The position numbers and the translations under genes were made by a program. From the NCBI GenBank assembly GCA_963833205.1, contig CAWHWZ010000003.1, positions 222,130 to 286,129 on the forward strand: a stretch of DNA of 64,000 bases, in the 5' to 3' direction. The stretch is from an uncultured Solirubrobacterales bacterium. GTDB taxonomy: Bacteria; Actinomycetota; Thermoleophilia; Solirubrobacterales; Solirubrobacteraceae. The notes under the pieces were generated by a model. That model saw only the letters and a program-made list of their open reading frames with translations. It had not been told where the DNA came from and ran no database searches. The first letter of the stretch is position 1. Every line of letters begins with the position of its first letter. This document shows, one piece after another, positions 56,218-64,000 of this stretch.

Positions 56218-57435
56218 ATGAGGTCGAGGCCCCATCTTTGCTGGGGGGTGCATATCGGCGCTAGCGTGATCTGGATACAGACCGCGGACGAACAACCGGC
56301 TGGTCTCGCTCACACCGCCCCAGATTGCGCCGGTGCGAGCACCGACGCCCGCGGTGACCCTGATGGCGTCACCGCCCTTGCGCCAAGCGCCGCCGCGGCG
56401 ATCACCGATGCCGCCACTGGCTGCGACACACCGCCGCCGCTGGCCGGCAGGCGCTACCTGCCGCTTTTCTGGCGCGTACTGGCCCTCAACGGCGCGGTCG
56501 TCACCACAATGGCCGTAGCGGTCGCGATTGTGCTGCCCGAGCCGTTTGCGCACATCGCGGCCGACGACGCCACCATCCTCGCCATCACGTTGACCGTGAC
56601 ACTCGTCGCCAATGCGCTGCTGCTGCGCCACGCACTTGCGCCGCTTACCCATCTACCCGCGCTCCTGCGGCGCGTGGACCCGCTGCAGTCCGGGGAGCGC
56701 CTGCAGGTGCCCAACACCCCGTCGGAGGCCGCAGAGCTCGCGCAGGCCTACAACGAGATGCTGGACCAGCTCGAGAGCGAGCGCCTGGAGAGCACGCGGC
56801 GGGTGCTCTCCGCCCAGGAGAGGGAGCGGCTGCGGGTCGCACAGGAGCTGCACGACGAAGTCGGCCAGACGCTTACCGGGGTGCTGCTGGGGTTGGCGCG
56901 CGTCTCACGCGACGCGCCGCTGGAGCTCACGCCACGCCTCGAGCAGTTGCTCGAGACCACCCGCGCCAGCATCGACGACGTCCGCCGCATCGCCCAGCGC
57001 CTACGCCCCGAGCCGCTGGAGGATCTCGGCCTCGCCGGGGGCCTGCTGGCGCTCGCGCGGCGGATGCGCGAGCAGTCGGGACTGCGCATCGTCTGCCGCA
57101 TCCCCACCGAGCTTGCACCTCAGTCACCCGAGCGCGAGCTCGTGGTCTACCGCGTCGCCCAGGAGGCGCTTACCAATGCCATCCGTCATTCGCGCGCCGC
57201 CAGTGTGTGCATCACGCTTCAGCTTCGCCCCCAGCACCTCGCGCTGAGCGTCCGCGACGACGGTCGCGGCATGCGCGACGGGCGCCGCGAGGGCGGCGGG
57301 ATTCGCGGGATGCGCGAGCGCGCCGGGCTCGTCGGCGCCACACTGCTCATCACGAGCGCGCCTCACGCCGGCACCGAGGTGTATTTGGACATTCCGCTCC
57401 CCGCCAACGTCCCGCTCCTCGCGCAGGACACATGA
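56218..57435 (+). CDS. HAMP-domain sensor histidine kinase (NarX/HisKA_3 type); start uncertain
   Basis: ER.RVAQELHDEVGQ.L, YRVAQEALTN, V.DDGRG, GI.GMRERA. Confidence 0.9.
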   Translation: MRSRPHLCWGVHIGASVIWIQTADEQPAGLAHTAPDCAGASTDARGDPDGVTALAPSAAAAITDAATGCDTPPPLAGRRYLPLFWRVLALNGAVVTTMAVAVAIVLPEPFAHIAADDATILAITLTVTLVANALLLRHALAPLTHLPALLRRVDPLQSGERLQVPNTPSEAAELAQAYNEMLDQLESERLESTRRVLSAQERERLRVAQELHDEVGQTLTGVLLGLARVSRDAPLELTPRLEQLLETTRASIDDVRRIAQRLRPEPLEDLGLAGGLLALARRMREQSGLRIVCRIPTELAPQSPERELVVYRVAQEALTNAIRHSRAASVCITLQLRPQHLALSVRDDGRGMRDGRREGGGIRGMRERAGLVGATLLITSAPHAGTEVYLDIPLPANVPLLAQDT

Positions 57436-58082
57436 CCGAGCTGAAGACCAACATCCTGCTCGCCGACGATCACGCTGTCGTGCGCCAAGGGCTGCGGCTG
57501 GTGCTTGAAAGCGAGCCCGACCTGGTTGTCCGCGCCGAGGCCAGCGACGGCCTGGAGGCCGTGAGCAAGGCGCTCACCCACCACGACCTGCACCTCGCCC
57601 TCCTCGACATTTCGATGCCACGCATGACCGGGCTGCAGGCCGCGCGCGAGATCCACCGTCAGCGCCCCGCGCTGAAGATCCTGATGCTGTCGATGCACGA
57701 CAACGAGCAGTTCCTCTACGAGGCGCTGCAGGCCGGCGCCAGCGGGTATGTGCTCAAGTCGCTTGCCGACCGCGACGTGGTACGCGCTTGCCGCGCCGCC
57801 GTTCGTGGCGAGCCGTTCCTCTACCCCAGCGCCATCACCGAGATTGTGCGCCACTACCTCGCCGGACCCGCGATGGAGCATCCCGACCCGCTGACGCCAC
57901 GCGAGCTACAGGTGATCAAGCTGATCGCCGAGGGCCACACCAACCGGCAGATCGCCGACGCCCTCACGATCAGCCAGAAGACCGTGGAGCGTCACCGCGC
58001 CAACATGCTTGAGAAGCTCGGTATGCGCGACCGTGTGGAGCTCACCCGCTACGCGATCCGTCGCGGCCTGGTCGAGCCCTGA
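57432..58082 (+). CDS. NarL/LuxR family response regulator
   Basis: ILLADDH, LLDISMP, GYVLK, LTPRE..V..LIAEG.TN..IA..L.IS.KTV..HR. Confidence 0.93.
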   Translation: MTELKTNILLADDHAVVRQGLRLVLESEPDLVVRAEASDGLEAVSKALTHHDLHLALLDISMPRMTGLQAAREIHRQRPALKILMLSMHDNEQFLYEALQAGASGYVLKSLADRDVVRACRAAVRGEPFLYPSAITEIVRHYLAGPAMEHPDPLTPRELQVIKLIAEGHTNRQIADALTISQKTVERHRANMLEKLGMRDRVELTRYAIRRGLVEP

Positions 58083-58086
58083 GTCA

Positions 58087-58136
58087 CCTCCCCGCCGCGG
58101 CCTCCCCGCCGCGGCCTCCCCGCCGCGGCCTCCCCG
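58087..58136. repeat. 14-bp tandem repeat CCTCCCCGCCGCGG x3.6
   Basis: Exact copies at 58087, 58101, 58115 and a partial at 58129. Confidence 0.9.
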
Positions 58137-58239
58137 AACCGTAAGGTCAACTCGCGTCGCGGCCGCGCCGAGACGCGAACCAGATGATGGGGCTTACACC
58201 CCATAGCCGGCGAGCGACGCGCAAGGCATCCTCAATGAC

Positions 58240-59016
58240 ATGGCACTCAGCGCCGCCGGGCTCACAGCTCCCTCCAGGGACCACCCCCTCGCCCGGCGGC
58301 GCGCGCCACTGCACCCGGTCTCCTCGGCGATCCCGCTCAAGCCGCTCACCGCGCTGGTGGTCGACGATCACCCGGTGATGCTGCGCGGGCTCACCAACCT
58401 GCTGGACGACGAGCCCGGCATCGAGGTGCTCGCCAAAGTTGACGACCACACCCAGGCGCTTGCCGCCGCACGGCGGCTGCACCCCGAGATCGCCGTGGTC
58501 GACTTTCACATGGCCGGCGAAAACGGCCTGGAGCTTGCCTGCCGGATCGGCTCCCTCCCCATCGCCCCGCGCATCGTCGTCTACTCCGCCTTCCCGGGAG
58601 TCGCGCTCGTCGCCGGGGCGATGGTGGCCGGCGCCTACGCGGTCATCGCCAAGTCGGCGCTACCCCACGAGCTGATCGACGCCATCCACGCAGCCCGCGA
58701 CGGACGCCGCACGCTGCCCGCCATCACGCGATCCGAGCTCGCCGCGCTCACCGCCGGCCTCGCGCCACCCGACCAGCCGCTGCTCGGCATGTTCGCGCAC
58801 GGCATCCCCGCCGAGCAGATCGCACGTACGCTCAATCTGAGCGAGCAACAGCTGCTGGCACGCCGTCGCGGGATCGTGCGCGCGCTGTCAAATCCAAGCA
58901 ACGCCACCTTGCGCAGACTGGCCGGCGGAGCGCTGCACTACTCCCACGGTAAAGCTCACCCGGCTTTGAACCGAGCTGCCTCGTCCGCTCCCCCGGTGGC
59001 GTCGCCCGGGCTGTAG
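58240..59016 (+). CDS. Response regulator (REC plus degenerate HTH)
   Basis: LVVDDHP, VVDFHM....G, VYSA, VIAK. Confidence 0.8.
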   Translation: MALSAAGLTAPSRDHPLARRRAPLHPVSSAIPLKPLTALVVDDHPVMLRGLTNLLDDEPGIEVLAKVDDHTQALAAARRLHPEIAVVDFHMAGENGLELACRIGSLPIAPRIVVYSAFPGVALVAGAMVAGAYAVIAKSALPHELIDAIHAARDGRRTLPAITRSELAALTAGLAPPDQPLLGMFAHGIPAEQIARTLNLSEQQLLARRRGIVRALSNPSNATLRRLAGGALHYSHGKAHPALNRAASSAPPVASPGL

Positions 59017-60158
59017 GAGTGCGCGCCGGCGCCCGCCAGCTTGCCGCCATCAACGATCAGGTACTCCTCGCGGATCGGCCGATCCTCAAACCAGCACTCC
59101 AGGATCTCGCGCACCCCCGCGGCGTAGCGGGCCTGTGCAGAGAGGCTTGTGCCGGACGTATGGGGCGTCATCCCGTGGTGGGGCATCGTGCGCCAGGGGT
59201 GGTCGTTGGGGGCGGGCTGGGGAAACCACACGTCACCCGCGTAACCGGCCAGCTGGCCACTCGCGCAGGCACGCGCGACAGCCTCGCGATCACAGATCTT
59301 CCCCCGCGCAGTGTTGATCAGGTAGGCGCCGCGCCTCATCCTGCCGATCAGCTGCGCGTCGAAGAGGTTCTCGGTCTCTGGGTGCAGCGGCGCGTTAATC
59401 GTTACCACGTCGCACGCCTCCACCAGCGACTCGACGCTCGGATGGAACGTCACGCCGAGCGCCCGCTCGACCTCCGGCGCGAGGCGGTGGCGGTCGGTGT
59501 AGTGCAGGCCGACGTCGAACGGCTTCAGCCGCCGCAGCACCGCCGTGCCGATACGCCCCGCCGCCACGGTGCCGACCTGCATACCCTCGAGGTCGTACTC
59601 GCGCGCGGCGCAGTCCGCGATGTTCCAGCCGCCGTCCAACACCCACTGATGGGACGGGATGTAGTTGCGCACCAGCCCAAGAATCATCATCACCACGTGC
59701 TCGGCCACGCTGATGCTGTTGCAATAGGTGACCTCGGCCACCGTGATCTCGCGGTCGATCGCGGCCTGCAGATCGACGTGGTCGGACCCGATCCCGGCCG
59801 TCACCGCAAGCTTCAGCAGCGGCGCCCGCGCGATCCGCTCCGCCGTCAGGTAGGCCGGCCAGAACGGCTGGGAGATCACGATCTCGGCGCCCGGCAACTC
59901 GCGTTCGAAGACCGATCCCTCACCATCCTTGTCGGAGGTGACAATCAGCTCGTGACCGCGCTCCCGCAGAAATCGCCGCAACCCAAGCTCTCCTGAGACA
60001 CTCCCCAACAGTTCGCCCGGCGTAAAGTCGACGCCCAGCGGCGTCGGCGTGCTCTGCCCGTCGGGATAGCGATCGATCCGCGGGATGCCCTCGCGCGCGT
60101 ACCTTGGGGGGAAACCATCGATGGGATCCTCATAGAGGACGCATAGAACGTTGGCCAT
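58956..60158 (-). CDS. fdh: NAD-dependent formate dehydrogenase
   Basis: ISQPFWPAYLT, TAGIGSDHVDL, VAAGRIG, NTARG, YAGDVWFPQP, TPHTSG. Confidence 0.95.
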   Translation of the reverse strand: MANVLCVLYEDPIDGFPPRYAREGIPRIDRYPDGQSTPTPLGVDFTPGELLGSVSGELGLRRFLRERGHELIVTSDKDGEGSVFERELPGAEIVISQPFWPAYLTAERIARAPLLKLAVTAGIGSDHVDLQAAIDREITVAEVTYCNSISVAEHVVMMILGLVRNYIPSHQWVLDGGWNIADCAAREYDLEGMQVGTVAAGRIGTAVLRRLKPFDVGLHYTDRHRLAPEVERALGVTFHPSVESLVEACDVVTINAPLHPETENLFDAQLIGRMRRGAYLINTARGKICDREAVARACASGQLAGYAGDVWFPQPAPNDHPWRTMPHHGMTPHTSGTSLSAQARYAAGVREILECWFEDRPIREEYLIVDGGKLAGAGAHSYSPGDATGGADEAARFKAG

Positions 60159-60239
60159 CGCCTCCACCTCTTTCGGCTATTGCTTTCTTGCGCACTCATC
60201 GAGCTTTCGCCCGCGTTAGCGTCAGTACGCATCATAACC

Positions 60240-60476
60240 TTGGAACTCCTTCAAGCGCCTATTTTGAGCCTACCCGAGAACACACTCGACGGTGCCGCCG
60301 TGCTGCTGCGCAGCCTCTCGGACGGCCGGATCGATCCCGACCAGACGTGGTTCTGGACTCCCGACTGGCTCGCTGGCGAGCTGGAAGCAGACCGCCAGGG
60401 AAAGACCGACCCTGGGATGGTCTACGAGGACGCCGACGCCTTCAAGGCGGCGCTGCACGACGTCCGCAGCGATTAG
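60240..60476 (+). CDS. Putative antitoxin (DQxWFWT-type); start uncertain
   Basis: DPDQTWFWTPDW.AGE.EAD motif; stop overlaps the toxin GTG. Confidence 0.55.
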   Translation: MELLQAPILSLPENTLDGAAVLLRSLSDGRIDPDQTWFWTPDWLAGELEADRQGKTDPGMVYEDADAFKAALHDVRSD

Positions 60477-60712
60477 TGCCCACCTACCAGGCGCGGCCCC
60501 GGTTCCTGCGCGACTACAAGAATCTGACCCGCGAGCAGGCAGCCGCCTGGGAGAGCGCCCTTGACCTGTTCATCGCGTGCCTGCGACGCGGGCGGTTCGA
60601 GCCGGGCCTACGGGTCAAGAGAATGCAGGGATATCCCGGGGTGTGGGAGATGACCTGGGCTCCCAACGGCTGCGCCACCTTCGAGTACGGCGACGAGCTG
60701 CGCCCCGGCGAC
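60476..60712 (+). pseudogene. RelE-like toxin truncated at the 3' end
   Basis: PTY.A.PRFLRDYK.L, GLRVKR.QG..GVWEMTWA..G.ATFEYG then an abrupt change into hairpin/IS sequence. Confidence 0.6.
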
Positions 60713-60789
60713 GGTGGGCATGTGGGCAACGCGAAGCGTTGTCCAAGCGGTGTGGGCAGCTTGCGTCCACACCGCGCCATGTCCACGGG

Positions 60790-60960
60790 GAGCAATTGTC
60801 AAGAGTTGTGGATGAGGAGGTGAAGCATCAGGCGGCGACCTTCTCGTCCGTTGTCGTGGTTTCGTCGTCGGTGACCTTGATTCCGTCCTTGAACTTCATA
60901 CCGTCGAGCACGTCGCCGACGAGCTCGTGGCCGTTGAACCGCCGCCAGCGCTCTTGGGCG
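60790..60960 (-). mobile_element. IS256-family remnant (transposase C-terminus and terminal repeat)
   Basis: Minus strand AQERWRRFNGHELVGDVLDGMKFKDG...VAA*; IR-like end GAGCAATTGTCAAGAGTTGTGGAT. Confidence 0.7.
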
Positions 60961-60961
60961 A

Positions 60962-62093
60962 CGGCCGTAAAGCTGGTTTCCGCCGAGCCTCGTGATGAGC
61001 GACGCGACGTCTCCGACCTTTACGTTCGCATCCACAGGCGTCCAGCCATTCGCGGGAATTGACCTGACGAGGCGCCCTGGGTCGTCGATATCGGCCACCA
61101 TCCTCGCTTGCAGGGGCATTCGCCCACTTTTCGATGCGGATCACCTCCACGCGGCGGAGTTCGCGGTCGAGCTGCTTGAGCATGTCGTAGCAGAGCCACC
61201 AAGCACTTGCCTGCGAGGGCGGGAACGGCGTTGCCGTGAATAGCGCCTGCGCTCCCACGACCCGGGGTACTTGGAGCCTTTGCTGGAAGGACCAATGCGC
61301 GTCGGACAGGGCGTCCGGCCGCCGGATAGCTCGCAGGAGCGGCGGTGCGCGACGGGCATCAAGGTGCGCGGCATCTGCCACCCTGAGCAGGCAGGCGATG
61401 AGCTGGCAGTCAATTGCCAATCACCGAAGGCCGGCGGAGCGTTGAAATGCGGAGGAACACGAGTCGCGATCTCGTCGACGCTCCACCAGTGGCTGTGCGC
61501 GATCAAACCAATCAGACCGCCGAGCGCCAACCTGAGGTCGTCGTCCTCGATCAGCCAGTAGGTCTGGCCCTCCGGGTCCGTCCAGCTGATGCGGCCAAGG
61601 TCGTGCGCTTGTGTCGCGTGGCGCTCCCTCAGGAGCGTCTGCGTAACATGGTCACGGATCTCCTGCCCGGCCGCCTCCAGCTCGCCTTCGCTCGGCGCGC
61701 GGCTGAGCACGTGACCAAGCTCCAAGGCGAGTAGATCCTTCCACTCCGGAAGCGACCGCAACTCGTCGAAGCCGCCTGGGTAGGCCGCCAAACCGAGGCC
61801 GAGATCGTGGGTCAATACGGCGCCGCCAAACACGAACGCTTCGACTGGGTTTAGCTGCACAGCCGGGCCGCCGAGCTCAGACGCGAGGTCCCAGAGCGCA
61901 TCGAGATGAGAGACGTCGTGAACCGTGAAGCCCGCAAGTAGCGGTTGATCTCAGCGGCGATCAGCGCTGCACGATCACGCATCCGGCCATACGCGACGCG
62001 CAGGCGATCGCGCGCCGCATGGTCCACATCAGTCCCGGGTGGGCGCGCAGCCAAGGCGTCGGCGTAGAGGCGGCTGGTCACGTAGGTCGCCAT
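60962..62093 (-). pseudogene. HD-domain protein of the HD plus Hsp90-like ATPase type, frameshifted and truncated
   Basis: FTVHD..H, LTHDLG, R..HA, AHSHW, LLRVADA.HLD.RRAP, LGG.QLYG spread over several reading frames; ends at the IS256 junction. Confidence 0.75.
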
Positions 62094-62840
62094 TTAGTGT
62101 CGAAACCTATGCGACCTCCATTCGGATTGCGACGCAGGCCACATCTTGCAGGCGTCCCCGGGCCTGCCGCTCGTCGACTGGCGCCTGACGATTACCACCA
62201 CGAGCGCGGCTGGATAGGCACTCGACGTCGGGGCAGCCGGCTGCGATCGCGCCAGCTTTCGACGGGGCCATCGATTCTGACCCGGCTGTCCGTCGGGTCC
62301 CGTCGCCGTCAGGAAGAGGTCTGCATATGATGGGGCGCGGTGCCTCCGTCACCTATCCACACGGAGGAGCAGTGATTTGCGGCCCGATCTGACGCTGCGC
62401 AGTGACGGTGGCAGACAGGCGCGCGGGAGCCACGAAGCTTATCGGCCACCCATGCCTGCGCGAGCACGAATGCGGGTCTCAACCCGCGTGTCGCGGCGCA
62501 CCCGCTCGTCGGCAAGAGCAGGCATGTCGTCGGACCAAGACGAGACGCATGCTTGGGACGAGCTGCGAGCGCGTCGAAAGAGGTCCGCACACACCCGCTT
62601 GCGCCGGGTGCTGTCTCAGCGCCCGTGAATCGCGCCGGACGGCATTCTATGAAGCAGCGGCGCGTTCGAGTCGATGGCTCGCGGCTAAAGGCTTCGCGGT
62701 ACGGGCCATCACGAGCTCAGTACGTGAGACACTTCGAGCCTCATCGGCGAAGATCGGGGGCGGACCTGGCTGGTCGTCGAGCGGCACCGAACAGAAGAGG
62801 TGGACTCATACGGGCCTACAGCACATCGAGGGGGCGAGGA

Positions 62841-64000
62841 GAGACCAAGTACGCGAAAAGCGGAGGGGTCCACATCGCCTACCAGGTCTTCGGCGAGGGC
62901 GACCTCGATCTTGTGTTGGTTTATGGTTTCACCAGCCATGTCGAGCTGGTCTGGGAGCACGAGCCAGCGGCACGGCTGCTCGAAGGCCTGGGATCGTTCG
63001 CGCGAGTCATCACATTCGACCGTCGCGGCTCGGGCCTCTCCGATCCGGTCGCCGATGCGCCAACGCTCGAGCAGCGCATGGGCGACCTGCGCGCTGTGAT
63101 GGACGCCGCCGGCTCGGAGCGGGCCGCGCTCGCCGGGCTTTCCGAGGGCGTTCCGATGTGTCTACTGTTCGCCGCCACGTACCCTGAGCGTGTCCGAGCC
63201 CTGATCTGCACGGGCGGGATGGCACGCTCGACCTACGCTGAGGACTACCCATGGGGAACACCCACCGAGGCTCTGGCCGAGTCCGCGACGGAGCTGATCC
63301 TGCCGAACTGGGGCGACGGATCGATGGTCGACGTCGCGGCTCCGAGCCAGACCGAAGAGGTGGAGTCGCGCCGCTACTACGGCCGGCTCGAACGCTCCAC
63401 CGTAAGCCCCGGGATGTTGATTGCGCTGGGACAGATGTTCATCGATACCGACGTTCGTGCGGTGGTGCCGAGCGTCCGCGCGCCCGCGCTTATCCTGCAC
63501 CGCACACGCGACCGTCTCGTCAATGTCCGCCATGGACGCTGGCTGGCCGAAAACCTGCCAAACGCCCAGATGGTCGAGTTCGAGGGCGACGACCATCACT
63601 TCTGGTACGAGAACTCTGACGAGTGGCTCGGTGAAATACAGGAGTTCCTCACCGGAGCTCGCCCCGCACCCGTAAGCAACCGCATGCTCGCGACGGTGCT
63701 CTTCACCGACATCGTGGATTCCACACGAACAGCCGTGGAGCTGGGCGACAAGCGCTGGCGGGACGTGCTCGAGCGACACCAGTACGCTGTACGTGACGAC
63801 CTCGCCCGTTTCAACGGTCGCGAGGTGAAGTCGACCGGCGATGGGTTCCTGGCGACCTTCGATGGCCCGGGCAGCGCGATCAACTGCGCTCAGGCGATCC
63901 TGCAATCGTCTGAGCCCTTGGGGATCAGCGTTCGCGCCGGTCTGCATACTGGCGAGTGCGAGGTCATGGGGGAGGACATAGGCGGCATCGCCGTCCACAT
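62841..64000 (+). CDS. Alpha/beta hydrolase fused to adenylate/guanylate cyclase (LipJ-like); start uncertain, 3' end outside window
   Basis: TKYAKSGGVHIAYQV, FDRRGSGLSD, GLSEG, then LATVLFTDIVDST, KSTGDGFLA, RAGLHTGE. Confidence 0.88.

Noticed and set aside
9006-60158. Serine-cycle methylotrophy inferred from mcl, mtkAB-like genes, ccr/ecm and fdh
   Set aside because: No sga, hpr, gck, glyA or methanol/methylamine dehydrogenase gene in the window; acetyl-CoA assimilation explains the set more simply
62100-62800. Short ORFs between the HD pseudogene and the hydrolase-cyclase gene
   Set aside because: No recognisable motifs, RBS or consistent codon bias

Overview
High-GC actinobacterial DNA; gene content and the Ig/NHL-rich Rhs protein suggest Thermoleophilia/Solirubrobacterales (inference). 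1-32 kb is mostly core metabolism. It holds F420 biosynthesis (cofE end, fbiC) and a dispersed ethylmalonyl-CoA-type set (ccr, ecm, meaB, pck, MaoC hydratase, Chloroflexus-type malyl-CoA lyase, divergent SucCD-like ligase, acyl-CoA dehydrogenase and ligase). It also holds alkB with a TetR gene and interspersed toxin-antitoxin pairs. About 33.7-51.9 kb is a probable genomic island between a tyrosine integrase and tRNA-Arg(TCT). It carries a 2491-aa secreted NHL/Rhs protein, two IclR-type regulators (one frameshifted), a class IB (YtpB/DUF2600) terpene synthase with a PadR gene and ABC transporter, and a DUF1016 nuclease. 52-64 kb has dsbA-VKOR-rpiA, a two-component system, NAD-dependent formate dehydrogenase, a decayed TA/IS256/HD-domain region and a hydrolase-cyclase fusion. 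The most striking unexplained signal is non-coding: 5191-5310 is five abutting perfect 22-26 bp palindromes with different arms, all centred on RCATGY at 24/24/24/23-bp spacing, sitting symmetrically between two divergent leaderless promoters.
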